Below, in pieces: positions 6,213 to 15,649 of a DNA stretch of 20,211 nt. A program made the position numbers and the translations under genes. Each line of letters starts with the position of its first letter. Positions within the stretch are counted from its first letter, which is position 1. The notes under the pieces were generated by a model, which saw nothing but the letters and a program-made list of their open reading frames with translations, was not told the DNA's origin and searched no databases. This DNA is from Candidatus Aenigmatarchaeota archaeon (GTDB taxonomy: Archaea; Aenigmatarchaeota; Aenigmatarchaeia; CG10238-14; WAMV01), in contig WAMV01000011.1 of assembly GCA_015522145.1 (NCBI GenBank), forward strand, positions 1 to 20,211, read 5' to 3'.

Positions 6213-6728
6213 TTGGTAAAAAAATTTTGTATTGTGCTAAGCTTGTTAAAAAGTTTGTACAATCATAAAAGACTTGTTGACGCTGTCAAAGAAGAAGTTG
6301 CTAAAGAGTATAAGATTCCTAAGAAAGCTTTAAACATTCCTGTAAGATATGCTTTGCTTCCTTGGTTGATAATTAAGAAGGGGTTTAGCTATTTGGTTGG
6401 TAAAATATTGGGAGCGTATGCGAGAGAAAAGAAAGAAATTTTAATAGATTATTCTCTTTGGTTCAAAAGTCTTTTTAGCTACAATGCTCTGAAAACATAC
6501 ATTAAAACTCTTGCAGAAGAATTTGCACATGCTGCCCAAGATTATCTTGGAAAGCTTAAAGCGAAAAGATTTGATGAATACATAAAAAATTACGAAAATG
6601 ATGAGAATGAAATAGAAGCTAAAAGAGTTGCAAACAAAGTTGCTGATAGGGTTTTGAACTTATTCCAAAGGAACAAAAGCTACTTCGGTTATAAACTTCC
6701 TTTCTATTCCCTTCTTAGCCTTTTTTAA
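6213..6728 (+). CDS. Hypothetical protein with zincin-like EExxH motif
   Basis: GAY...ILID strand, LAEEFAHAAQ helix and downstream ENEIEA, resembling HExxH...E metallopeptidases; start codon uncertain. Confidence 0.6.
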   Translation: MVKKFCIVLSLLKSLYNHKRLVDAVKEEVAKEYKIPKKALNIPVRYALLPWLIIKKGFSYLVGKILGAYAREKKEILIDYSLWFKSLFSYNALKTYIKTLAEEFAHAAQDYLGKLKAKRFDEYIKNYENDENEIEAKRVANKVADRVLNLFQRNKSYFGYKLPFYSLLSLF

Positions 6729-7274
6729 TTTTACCAATGTTTGATAATGTGTGCCTAATGGGGTAATTAATATTCCATTTGTTTTTAATTGTTGAATCCA
6801 TTCATCATAAATTCTTTTTGCAGCTGCACTACAAACTATTCTATCATAAGGAGCAAACTCAGGCAATCCTTTTTTACCATCCTTTAGAAAAATTTTTACA
6901 TTCTCATAACCATATTTTTCCAAGTTTTTCTTACCAAATTCAAAAGCTTGCTTATTTATTTCAACACCAAAAACCATGCCTTTCTTACCAACTATTTCCG
7001 CAATATAAGCTAGCAATATACCTGAACCAAATCCTATTTCTAAAACTTTCATTCCTTTCTTTAGCTCTAACTCTTCAAGCAATATTGCATGCATGTGAGG
7101 TGCTGAAATAGTAACATTGCCAGGTATAGGCAAAGGCTGATCAGCATAAGCTAAATCTTTATACTCCTCTGGTACAAAATCCTTCCTATCAACTTTTAGC
7201 ATTGCTTTCTTAACTTGCCTAGATTTTATGTATCCAAAATTTTCCAAACGCCTAACCATTTCCTCTAGCTTCAT
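6660..7274 (-). CDS. pcm: Protein-L-isoaspartate O-methyltransferase
   Basis: VDRKDFVP, AYADQPLPI, TISAPHM, SAM motif VLEIGFGSG, APYDRI, C-terminal FVPL. Confidence 0.95.
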   Translation of the reverse strand: MKLEEMVRRLENFGYIKSRQVKKAMLKVDRKDFVPEEYKDLAYADQPLPIPGNVTISAPHMHAILLEELELKKGMKVLEIGFGSGILLAYIAEIVGKKGMVFGVEINKQAFEFGKKNLEKYGYENVKIFLKDGKKGLPEFAPYDRIVCSAAAKRIYDEWIQQLKTNGILITPLGTHYQTLVKLKKAKKGIERKFITEVAFVPLE

Positions 7275-7314
7275 GATTTAAAGATTTATTCTTAAGAAAT
7301 GAAAAAATAGAATA

Positions 7315-8154
7315 ATGCAAATTCATAAAGATAAAGAGCTTGAGAAAGCTGTAGAAAAGATAAAAAGCGTTAAGGTACAGGGAGCTAAAGAAATTGCAAT
7401 CTTTGCTCTGAAATTTTTGAAGAAGTACGCTATGAAGCATGGGTTTGGCTTAAGGTTTGAAGTTGCTAGTTATGTGCTTGAACAAACAAGACCAACAGCT
7501 GTAGTTTTGCATAACTGTTTGGAAATAGTGAAAAGAGAGCAAAAAATGAGTACTTTTGATAAGTTGATTAAGCAACTTGAAACTGCAACTAAAAGACTTG
7601 CTAAAAAGGGTGCTAAGCTAATACCTGATGGCGCGACAATAATGACCCATTGTCATAGTGGAGAAGCAGTAGCAACTATTAAAGAGGCTACAAAGAAAAA
7701 AGATGTTAAAGTTATTGCCACACTAACAGAGCCATTAATGCAAGGTGTGAAAACAGCAAGAGAGTTAAAAAGAGCTGGTATAGATGTTCATTTGATTGCA
7801 GATTCTGCAACTGGATTTTTTATGAGACATGTTGATTTGGTTATGGTTGGGGCTGACGCTTTAAGAGTTAGAGAGCCAAAAGGTTTGGTGAATAAAATAG
7901 GTACTTTTAACATTGCACTAGCTGCAAATTACTACAAAAAACCTTTTTACGTTACTGCAAACAGCTTTAAAATTGATAAAAGAAAAAAAATAATTATCGA
8001 AGAAAGACCAAAGGAGGGTTTGATAAACATTAAAGGAATAAAAGCATACAATCCAGCATTCGACATAACGCCCTGGAAATTCGTAACAAAAATAATTAAT
8101 GAAAAAGAAATAATTAATCCTGAAGAATTGGTGAAAAAATATGGCAAAGATTGA
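7315..8154 (+). CDS. e2b2: Ribose-1,5-bisphosphate isomerase (eIF-2B alpha/beta/delta family)
   Basis: VQGA, TRPTAV, THCHS (catalytic Cys), VGADA (catalytic Asp), NKIGT, NPAFDITP; operonic with RuBisCO and AMP phosphorylase. Confidence 0.9.
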   Translation: MQIHKDKELEKAVEKIKSVKVQGAKEIAIFALKFLKKYAMKHGFGLRFEVASYVLEQTRPTAVVLHNCLEIVKREQKMSTFDKLIKQLETATKRLAKKGAKLIPDGATIMTHCHSGEAVATIKEATKKKDVKVIATLTEPLMQGVKTARELKRAGIDVHLIADSATGFFMRHVDLVMVGADALRVREPKGLVNKIGTFNIALAANYYKKPFYVTANSFKIDKRKKIIIEERPKEGLINIKGIKAYNPAFDITPWKFVTKIINEKEIINPEELVKKYGKD

Positions 8155-9439
8155 TTGGTATCTTGACTTTGTAGACCTTAGCTATAAGCCAAGAAAAGAT
8201 GATTTACTTGCCTTGTTCTATTTTGAGCCAGCAAAAGGAATTAGCATAAAAGAAGCTGCTGGTAGAATAGCTAGTGAGAGTTCTGTAGGTACTTGGACGA
8301 CTTTAACAACTATACCAAAAGGGTTGAAAAGGCTTATGGCTAGGGCTTATGAAATTAAAGGAAATTACTGTAAAATTGCTTATCCTTATGATCTGTGGGA
8401 AGAAGGAAGCGTGCCACAATTACTTTCTGGCATAGCAGGCAATATATTTGGTATGAAGGCTTTGAGAAACATTAGGCTTGTTGACGTTAGATTCCCAAAA
8501 AGGTATTTGCGTAGCTTTAAGGGCCCTGAGTTTAGCATAAGAGGTGTTAGGAAATTTATGAAAGTAAAGAAAAGGCCTTTAGTTGCCTGCGTACCTAAAC
8601 CAAAGCTAGGCATACCAACTAATCAATTCATAAAAATTGCTAGAGATTTCTGGCTTGGTGGGGGCGATTTGCTTAAAGATGATGAAAACCTAACTAATCA
8701 AGTTTTCAACAGATTCAAAAACAGATTTGTTAAAGCTATGAAAACAAGGGATAAAATAGAGAAAGAAACTGGAGAAAAGAAAAGTTATTTAGTTAACATA
8801 ACAGCACCAGTTAAAGAAATGGAAAAAAGATTGAAGTTAGTAGCTGATTATGGTAATGAATACGTAATGGTAGATTTTTTAACCATTGGGTTTTCAGCAT
8901 TCCAGTACGTAAGGGAACTTGCTCATGATTATAAGCTTGCTATACATGTACATAGAGCAATGCATGCAGCCATGGACAGAAATCCTAAACATGGTATGAC
9001 AATGCTATTTTTAGCTAAACTGGTCAGGCTTATCGGTGGCGACCAATTGCATATAGGTACTGTTGGGTTAGGAAAGCTCGAAGGAAAGAAGCAAGATGTT
9101 TTACTTTATCAAAAAACAATAACTAAGAAGTTTATTAGGGAAGAGTTTCCACGAACTTTGGGTCAAGATTGGGATAAAATCAAGCCTGTGTTTCCTGTGG
9201 CTAGTGGTGGTTTACATCCTGGCTTGCTCCCAAGACTTTTCTCAATAATGGGAACAGATATTGTTATTCAGGTTGGTGGCGGCATACATGGTCATCCAAA
9301 AGGAACTTATGCTGGAACAAAGGCTGTAAGGCAGGCTATAGATGCTTACTTGCAGGGAATTGACATCAGAGAATATGCCAAAAAACACAAAGAGCTAAAG
9401 CAAGCCTTAGATAAGTTCGGATTTATTAGGCCAAAATGA
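8141..9439 (+). CDS. rbcL: Form III ribulose-1,5-bisphosphate carboxylase
   Basis: ASESSVGTWT, GNIFGMK, KPKLG, KDDE carbamylation motif, HRAMHAA, HIGT-GKLEG loop 6, ASGG, GGGIHGHP. Confidence 0.97.
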   Translation: MAKIDWYLDFVDLSYKPRKDDLLALFYFEPAKGISIKEAAGRIASESSVGTWTTLTTIPKGLKRLMARAYEIKGNYCKIAYPYDLWEEGSVPQLLSGIAGNIFGMKALRNIRLVDVRFPKRYLRSFKGPEFSIRGVRKFMKVKKRPLVACVPKPKLGIPTNQFIKIARDFWLGGGDLLKDDENLTNQVFNRFKNRFVKAMKTRDKIEKETGEKKSYLVNITAPVKEMEKRLKLVADYGNEYVMVDFLTIGFSAFQYVRELAHDYKLAIHVHRAMHAAMDRNPKHGMTMLFLAKLVRLIGGDQLHIGTVGLGKLEGKKQDVLLYQKTITKKFIREEFPRTLGQDWDKIKPVFPVASGGLHPGLLPRLFSIMGTDIVIQVGGGIHGHPKGTYAGTKAVRQAIDAYLQGIDIREYAKKHKELKQALDKFGFIRPK

Positions 9440-9453
9440 TAAAATAAATTTTT

Positions 9454-9708
9454 ATGATAAGACTTGTGCTGACTTTACTAATTTTTACGTTGCTATATGT
9501 TTTTCTTTACTATTCTATGCCTCAATGCTCCTGGGTAATAACAAATTGTTGCCCAGAGCGTGCTGGAGCTAACTGGGAGTGTGTGGATTTAAGATATTAC
9601 AAGGCTCCAGATTGCCAAGAAAATCTAATACTATGTCCACAAGTATTATCACCAAAACCAGAGCAAGAATGCAAAGCTGTACCGTTTAATGGGTGTGTGG
9701 TAAGATGA
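9454..9708 (+). CDS. Small membrane-anchored or secreted eight-cysteine protein
   Basis: N-terminal hydrophobic helix then 8 Cys (including a CC pair) in about 60 aa; its TGA overlaps the next ATG. Confidence 0.75.
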   Translation: MIRLVLTLLIFTLLYVFLYYSMPQCSWVITNCCPERAGANWECVDLRYYKAPDCQENLILCPQVLSPKPEQECKAVPFNGCVVR

Positions 9709-11249
9709 AGCTAAAGGCCAGATTTTTAGATTTTGAAGCAGGTGGTAAAAAGATTATTGTATTAAATAAAGATGATGCTGAAATTTTAGGTGTGAAAAGT
9801 TTGGACAGAGTTATCATAAAAAAAGGAAACAAAAAATTAACAGCTTTAGTTGATGTATCTAAAAAGACAGTGAAGCAAGGTGAGATTTTTGTTTTTGAGG
9901 AGGTAAAGCTTGCTCTGGATTTAAAAGAAGATGATTTGGTTGAAGTTGAACCGGCAAAAATACCAAACTCTTTGGAATATATAAAACAAAGAATTAGAGG
10001 AAAAATTTTGTCGCAAAAAGAAGTTGAAGAAATTGTAAAGGATGTTGTTGAAGGAAACTTGAGTGATGTGGAGATTGCTGCTTTCATAGTTGCTTTGGAA
10101 TACATGCCTCTAAGCTTGGAAGAAGCAAAATACATGACTCTTGCAATGGTAAAAACCGGGAAAACTTTGGAGCTTAACAAAAAGCCTATACTGGATAAGC
10201 ATAGCATAGGTGGTGTGGCTGGAGACAAAACCTCTTTGCTAGTAGTACCAATAATCGCAAGCCTGGGCTACACAATCCCAAAAACAAGCTCAAGAGCAAT
10301 AACTAGTGCTAGTGGTAGCGCTGACAGAGCTGAGGCTTTAATGCCTGTCAACTTAAGTCTGGAAGAAATGAAAAGAGTTGTTGAAAAAACCAATGGTTGC
10401 ATAGTTTGGGGTGGTGCTTTAGATCTAGCTCCAGCTGATGACATCTTCATACGAATAGAAAGACCTCTTTCTATAGATCCTTTTTTGTTGCCATCTATAA
10501 TGGCTAAAAAGAAGGCTGTAAATGCAAGTCATATGGTTTTAGATATACCTACAGGCAGAGGAGCTAAGATAAAAACCATAGGCGAAGCTAAAGTATTGGG
10601 TAAAAAGTTTATTGAGTTAGCAAATATGCTTAACATAAAGCTTAAAGCTGTGATAACTCGTGGGGAAGAGCCAATAGGTCATACCATAGGACCAAATCTT
10701 GAAGCTAGAGAAGTTTTGGAAGTTTTGATGAACAGAAAGTATGTGCCTGACATGGTGGAAAAAGCATGCACCATAGCTGGAACTTTGTTAGAGTTAGTAA
10801 ACCCAAAGCTGGATGGCTATAAGGTTGCGATGCATGCAATAAAATCTGGTAAAGCAGAAGCTAAGCTAAGGCAAATAATAGCTGAGCAGGGAGGAAATGA
10901 AAAGATAAAGCCAGAAGATCTAACAACTTCAGAAATTTATGCTGATATAATTTCTAAGCAGGAAGGGCAGGTACTTTGGCTAAACAACGCTGCACTCATC
11001 CAAGCAGCTAGATATGCTGGTTCGCCTAAGTTTAAGGACTGTGGAATTTACATTTACAAAAAAGTTGGTGAGCCTGTAAAAGCTGGAGAAAAGCTTGTAA
11101 GGATTTATGCTAAGAGTGAAGCAAGGTTAGAAAAGGCTATAAGCATTATAGAGAATGAAAAAGCTATAGGCGTGGGTAAAAGATATAAAATGCTTCTTGA
11201 CAAAGTAAATGGAGATGTTATCAGAAGAACTTTTCATTTAGAGCGTTAA
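9705..11249 (+). CDS. deoA: AMP phosphorylase (thymidine/AMP phosphorylase family)
   Basis: N-terminal barrel extension typical of AMPpase, DKHSIGGVAGDK, PKTSSRAITS, LAPADD, SIMAKK; likely start ATG 9705 (ATGA overlap) rather than 9693. Confidence 0.93.
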   Translation: MKLKARFLDFEAGGKKIIVLNKDDAEILGVKSLDRVIIKKGNKKLTALVDVSKKTVKQGEIFVFEEVKLALDLKEDDLVEVEPAKIPNSLEYIKQRIRGKILSQKEVEEIVKDVVEGNLSDVEIAAFIVALEYMPLSLEEAKYMTLAMVKTGKTLELNKKPILDKHSIGGVAGDKTSLLVVPIIASLGYTIPKTSSRAITSASGSADRAEALMPVNLSLEEMKRVVEKTNGCIVWGGALDLAPADDIFIRIERPLSIDPFLLPSIMAKKKAVNASHMVLDIPTGRGAKIKTIGEAKVLGKKFIELANMLNIKLKAVITRGEEPIGHTIGPNLEAREVLEVLMNRKYVPDMVEKACTIAGTLLELVNPKLDGYKVAMHAIKSGKAEAKLRQIIAEQGGNEKIKPEDLTTSEIYADIISKQEGQVLWLNNAALIQAARYAGSPKFKDCGIYIYKKVGEPVKAGEKLVRIYAKSEARLEKAISIIENEKAIGVGKRYKMLLDKVNGDVIRRTFHLER

Positions 11250-11279
11250 AGAAAAAACAAAAGAAGAGGAAGGGCTAGC

Positions 11280-11555
11280 TTATTTTGCTAGCACTATGTG
11301 AATTGTTGAAACGTTGACTTTTCTGCCGTCCTGCAATTCTCTTTCTTCTGTACCGATTTCAACGTTCTTTAGCTTGATGTCTTGCATGAATCTCCTGCGG
11401 ACAACTTCTGCAACGTCTACTGCTCTTGAAATTGCCCTTCCTCTTGCTCTCAAGTGAACTTCTTTTTTACCATCTGTAAATTGAGCAATTACAGCTAGTA
11501 CGTAATTCATTGTTGGTTTTCTACCAACGTAAATTACATTGTCTTGCTCTGCCAT
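11280..11555 (-). CDS. albA: DNA/RNA-binding protein Alba
   Basis: [37 protein letters not shown]. Confidence 0.97.
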   Translation of the reverse strand: MAEQDNVIYVGRKPTMNYVLAVIAQFTDGKKEVHLRARGRAISRAVDVAEVVRRRFMQDIKLKNVEIGTEERELQDGRKVNVSTIHIVLAK

Positions 11556-11561
11556 TCATTT

Positions 11562-11569
11562 TCACCTCC
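11562..11569 (-). promoter_or_regulatory. Shine-Dalgarno site of alba
   Basis: GGAGGTGA on the minus strand 6 nt upstream of the ATG. Confidence 0.8.
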
Positions 11570-11628
11570 GTTTTTGCTAGATTTATTGGGGGGTTTAAAC
11601 TGTATAGAATATTAAGAAGGATTAAGAA

Positions 11629-11643
11629 TATAAAAGCTTTTGT
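11629..11643 (-). promoter_or_regulatory. BRE-TATA promoter of alba
   Basis: Minus strand ACAAAAGC-TTTTATA, matching the archaeal BRE/TATA pattern, about 75 nt upstream of the start. Confidence 0.55.
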
Positions 11644-11647
11644 ACTT

Positions 11648-12730
11648 TTAGCTGTAGTTGTACACTCTTATTTTGGTAGAAGCTGAAAACTTGTAGGTAA
11701 AAGGTAAGTAAATCTCTATGCTAGGATGCACTTCTGGCAAGCTTGGTGTGTTAAAGTTTATTGTACATTTAACAGACTCTACTTTTTCTTTAGTGACAGA
11801 TATATCTCCCATAATAATGTACTTTTCTAGCTCAATGTCAAAATCCCTTCCATCATCAATCAGATTAAGGTTTTCCTGGGAGAAATCAAATTCAAAGCTA
11901 TTATCTTTAATTTGTATGTTGGCTTGAATATCGCCTATACTGCAAGAACTTCCTTCCTTAACTAAATCTGCTGGAGATATTTTAATGTAGAAATAATTAT
12001 TATCGTTGTTTATTATTTTGACTTTTTCCGCTTTTATTTTGCCTTTTTGGGCAAAATCTATGTTGAATATAAAAGGTTGACTAGCATATAACCATTCTCC
12101 TCTAATAATTTGAGTTGGTGTCTGGTATTCATTAGTTAAATCAAATTCAGGCACTATTTTAATAGGGGCTATTTCATCCCTGCTAAAACTTGGTTTCGTT
12201 GTTGTATATTTAGAAAGTTCTTCATTCAGCAACGGTATTGTAAAGGATTTTGTAATAGAATAATCATAACCAACAGTTAATATGACATCATAGGTTTTAT
12301 ATGTTGTTTGCTCTTCAATCTCTGGTGTAGAAATTAGTAAAATTATATCAGCTAAATCTTTGCTATCCAAATAATCTATAGTACATGAGAATTTCCAAGG
12401 GCTTTGGGTGTTTTCACTTCCTTCTGTATTACATACACCATTTATAACGGTTGCTTTGCTTATAGAAAAAGGAAAGTAGTTTGAATAGATGCGTATATTT
12501 TTAATTGGTTTTGGACCTTCGTTTTTAACAATTATTTGAAGAGGTATATTGCTTGTACTTTCAAATATTTTTGATGGATATTTAAACTCTACTTGCAAAA
12601 CATCATCATAATACTTTATTGTTGGAATTGTTGGTTTGGAAGGAAGTGTTGGTTTATAAATAAAAAAATAGTAAAAAAGGCCTGCTATAAATATAATAAC
12701 TGCAATAGTTCCAAAAGCCAAAGATTTCAT
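11648..12730 (-). CDS. Surface protein with class III-like leader (MKS|LAF) and beta-rich, probably Ig-like ectodomain
   Basis: Single N-terminal hydrophobic helix, Pro/Thr linker, IIVKNEGPKPIKNI CARDB-like strand, VGYDY motif. Confidence 0.7.
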   Translation of the reverse strand: MKSLAFGTIAVIIFIAGLFYYFFIYKPTLPSKPTIPTIKYYDDVLQVEFKYPSKIFESTSNIPLQIIVKNEGPKPIKNIRIYSNYFPFSISKATVINGVCNTEGSENTQSPWKFSCTIDYLDSKDLADIILLISTPEIEEQTTYKTYDVILTVGYDYSITKSFTIPLLNEELSKYTTTKPSFSRDEIAPIKIVPEFDLTNEYQTPTQIIRGEWLYASQPFIFNIDFAQKGKIKAEKVKIINNDNNYFYIKISPADLVKEGSSCSIGDIQANIQIKDNSFEFDFSQENLNLIDDGRDFDIELEKYIIMGDISVTKEKVESVKCTINFNTPSLPEVHPSIEIYLPFTYKFSASTKIRVYNYS

Positions 12731-12777
12731 AAAATTAATTTCTGTTTTTAATTTCTAAAAAGCATAATTTTTATCAT

Positions 12778-14151
12778 ATGGCTTCTGATGAAGATAAAAA
12801 GAAAGAAAAACCTGATAAAGAGGAATTAGAAAGAAAAAAGTTAGAGTACGAAATTGAAGAAAAGAAAAGAAAATTAACTTTTTATGGAAAGCTTAAGGAA
12901 GCAATTTTGTCTGTTGGGTTCATGGCTTTTTTGCTAAACTTAAGCGCTATAATAGCACTATCTTTTTTAGCTTACCTAATATTTACACAAACTTTGGTGT
13001 TGTTTTTGGGTGAAATTGGTGTTTCTTTAGCCTTTTTCATAGCTCTTACGTTATTCGCATACCTTATCTACAAATTTGCATCAAGCAAAAACACTGTACA
13101 ATTAATAGTAATAACTGTGTTTGTATTTCTTTTGCAAAATTACGTAATACCACCAGTAATTGGTTATGTTCAAGCTAGTGTTGTTCCAGAACCTTTAAGA
13201 AATGCTTTTTTTGCTTGCTTAGCATCTAACTACTACAACTTGTTAGATCCAAATTCCATAATAGAATGCTCGAAATTGCTAACACAGTCTGGAAGCGTTG
13301 AACTAAAGGAAGAAAAAGTAGAAAAGTATTATCCATTAAAGCTTAGTGTAGACGGTGCTTTGCTTGCTAACTCTAATAGTGTATTTACTCTAACTTTCAA
13401 GAATTCAAACAAAGACGTTGAAATAAAGAACTTAATGGTCGATTTAAGAGAATTTGTTGCTTTAGCACAGCCGAGAAAGTATTTTAAGTATGATATCAGT
13501 TATTCTTTCTCTGCATGTGAGAACATTGGCTGTAACATTCCTCCTCTTTCTGAAAAAGTTGTTGTTTTCACTGTAGAAAAAAATGAGCAATTTTGTAATT
13601 ATAGCGGTAATGTTTTCTTAATAGGTTTTGATTACAGCTATGAGAATAGCTTAAAGAGTTCTATAAGCTTGGGTGTAGCAAGAAATGCTTATGTTGATGC
13701 TCCAGAATTTAGAAATAATGTGGAAAGGGTTGAGATTGCTCCGAGAGATTTGGAAATGAGTATTAAGATGTTTCCAGGCTACATGAATGTTGACAAAAAG
13801 AATTATAATGTAGAAAACGGCTATCCAGAATTTTACTTAGTAATTACGCTAAAGAATTCAGGATTCAAAATGGCGACAGTATACTTGGGTGAGATGAGTA
13901 TAAGCGAAATTGTTAATGACATTATTGATGAGCAAACATGCTTAGAGGAGTTAAAAAATACTTTTGGTCAACAAATTAGTTTTAGAGATGAGTTGGCTTT
14001 GGCATGCAGGATACCATTAAAGCTTACTGATTCTGAACTAAGTAATTTAGATAGCTTTTTGATAACAGAACTTAACATAGAAATTCCTTACAAAGTGGAA
14101 AAAACATATTCTATGAGAACAACTATTCAGGACATTTGTCAGGAAGCATAG
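12778..14151 (+). CDS. Membrane protein with charged N-terminal coil, 3-4 TM helices and a Cys-containing beta-rich ectodomain
   Basis: Lys/Glu-rich N-terminus, hydrophobic segments at about aa 43-130, LTFKN / FDYSY / ITLKNSG Ig-like strands. Confidence 0.75.
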   Translation: MASDEDKKKEKPDKEELERKKLEYEIEEKKRKLTFYGKLKEAILSVGFMAFLLNLSAIIALSFLAYLIFTQTLVLFLGEIGVSLAFFIALTLFAYLIYKFASSKNTVQLIVITVFVFLLQNYVIPPVIGYVQASVVPEPLRNAFFACLASNYYNLLDPNSIIECSKLLTQSGSVELKEEKVEKYYPLKLSVDGALLANSNSVFTLTFKNSNKDVEIKNLMVDLREFVALAQPRKYFKYDISYSFSACENIGCNIPPLSEKVVVFTVEKNEQFCNYSGNVFLIGFDYSYENSLKSSISLGVARNAYVDAPEFRNNVERVEIAPRDLEMSIKMFPGYMNVDKKNYNVENGYPEFYLVITLKNSGFKMATVYLGEMSISEIVNDIIDEQTCLEELKNTFGQQISFRDELALACRIPLKLTDSELSNLDSFLITELNIEIPYKVEKTYSMRTTIQDICQEA

Positions 14152-15236
14152 CTATTTCTTACTCTAAATTGAACACCTGGCTTGTAGTTCACAAAGCTTA
14201 ATTTGTTTTCGTCATAAACAAAAAGCTTAAAGTCTTTAACGCTTAAATTATACAAAATATCTGCATTGGCTTTGTATTTGAAATCACAACTTACTACACA
14301 ACTCTGGTTTATGTCTGTCCAGTCATCAACAATATAACAAGAACTAGAGGAAGATAACTCAACATTAATTTTTCTATCAAGTATGCTTGCTTCCAATTCG
14401 TAAGAATTTTCTGGAAAAACAAAGTAATTTAGTTTATCAATTTTGTTTTTTATTTTGTTCTTTAGCGTTACTAAGCATCCTGAAGAAGTGGCTTCAAAAA
14501 TTTCTTGAGTGTTTATGTTGCAAGAATCAACATTTTCTTCTTCATAAACTATGGATTTGCAGGAATCTGGTAGCTCTTGGATTGATTTTTGGATTATTTG
14601 TTTTATTGGAGAGCTTGCCACAAAGGTTTGGTGTATTGTGTATATGAAAGAAGATAGTGGAGATGGAAATCTAACCTTATGCTCCTCATTAACTTCTGAA
14701 GTTATATAATCGTTTTCTATTTTCATTTGTATTGTCTGTAAAAAAGGTATTGTTCTTATTGTTTGCCTGTAAAGACTTCTACCTCCTTCAAAATTTGTTC
14801 TCACCTCGTTAAAGATTAAGCTTATTCCATAATTGCTGAAAGGTATTTGGTTTGCATATTCATTATATTTCTCTACTGTAGCATTTTTCAAAACATTTAT
14901 CATTCTTGCTATAGCTACTTCTAGAGAGTTGGGCAAATAAATTTCATTATCATACCTTACGTAAGGGATGTTGTTAGAGTCTACTCTATGATTTTCGTCT
15001 AAAATTGGTTTAAGATTTTCTTTAAACAATTCATGTTGTGTATGAACAAAAGAATAATTTAAGGCTTTGAACAAACTATGATTACTCCATTCCAACAAAA
15101 GCAAAGAATTGTCTATGTTTGCTAACATTTCAATTCTTTTTTGAAAACTTAAACTGGATAAGTAATCAAAATAAATAAGTCCTGCAAAAGCTAATACGCC
15201 TATTAACAGCACTGATACAATGGCAAAACCTTTCAC
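14139..15236 (-). CDS. Large pilin-like or adhesin protein with class III signal (MKG|FA)
   Basis: Likely GTG start 15236 overlapping the upstream TGA, SD GGAGGTG at 15242-15248; KG followed by a hydrophobic helix; Cys-containing C-terminal half. Confidence 0.72.
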   Translation of the reverse strand: MKGFAIVSVLLIGVLAFAGLIYFDYLSSLSFQKRIEMLANIDNSLLLLEWSNHSLFKALNYSFVHTQHELFKENLKPILDENHRVDSNNIPYVRYDNEIYLPNSLEVAIARMINVLKNATVEKYNEYANQIPFSNYGISLIFNEVRTNFEGGRSLYRQTIRTIPFLQTIQMKIENDYITSEVNEEHKVRFPSPLSSFIYTIHQTFVASSPIKQIIQKSIQELPDSCKSIVYEEENVDSCNINTQEIFEATSSGCLVTLKNKIKNKIDKLNYFVFPENSYELEASILDRKINVELSSSSSCYIVDDWTDINQSCVVSCDFKYKANADILYNLSVKDFKLFVYDENKLSFVNYKPGVQFRVRNSYAS

Positions 15237-15649
15237 CAACCCACCTCCATAAGCGTACTTGCTACCAATTTCTTAGAGTTATAAGGCAAAACCACAAAGC
15301 CCGGAATATAATATTTTGGTGAGCATTCTGTTTTGTAAACTTCTTGCCCATCTATCAAGAAGTTTAAGCAAGATTCATATACGAAACTTCTGTAATATGC
15401 TGAATCAATTGATTTGTTAATAGTTTGTCTATATTCAATATCATTTAGCAAAGTATAGTTGATTATTCCATCTTCTAATCCGTAAAGCAAAGCGTAGTTG
15501 AATTGATTGAAGTATAAAACAGTAAGTTGGTCTTGATAATTTAGCATAACCTTCATGATTATTTGATTAAATGAAAAGAAAATGATCACTATGATAATCA
15601 AGATAGCTGCCAAAGTTATTACATCCTCTATACCAATCAAAGACTTCAT
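15233..15649 (-). CDS. Pilin-like protein (MKS|LIGIE, Glu at +5)
   Basis: Likely ATG 15649 in an ATGA overlap; hydrophobic N-terminal helix with E5. Confidence 0.72.
   Translation of the reverse strand: MKSLIGIEDVITLAAILIIIVIIFFSFNQIIMKVMLNYQDQLTVLYFNQFNYALLYGLEDGIINYTLLNDIEYRQTINKSIDSAYYRSFVYESCLNFLIDGQEVYKTECSPKYYIPGFVVLPYNSKKLVASTLMEVGW

Noticed and set aside
7289..7298. Palindrome TTCTTAAGAA in the 40-nt pcm/R15Pi divergent spacer
   Set aside because: Short and AT-rich, so readily expected by chance; no second copy recognised.
7315..9439. eIF-2B or methylthioribose isomerase plus RuBisCO-like protein (form IV), or Calvin-cycle autotrophy
   Set aside because: Full carboxylase motif set and linkage to AMP phosphorylase indicate nucleotide salvage; no small subunit or phosphoribulokinase in the window.
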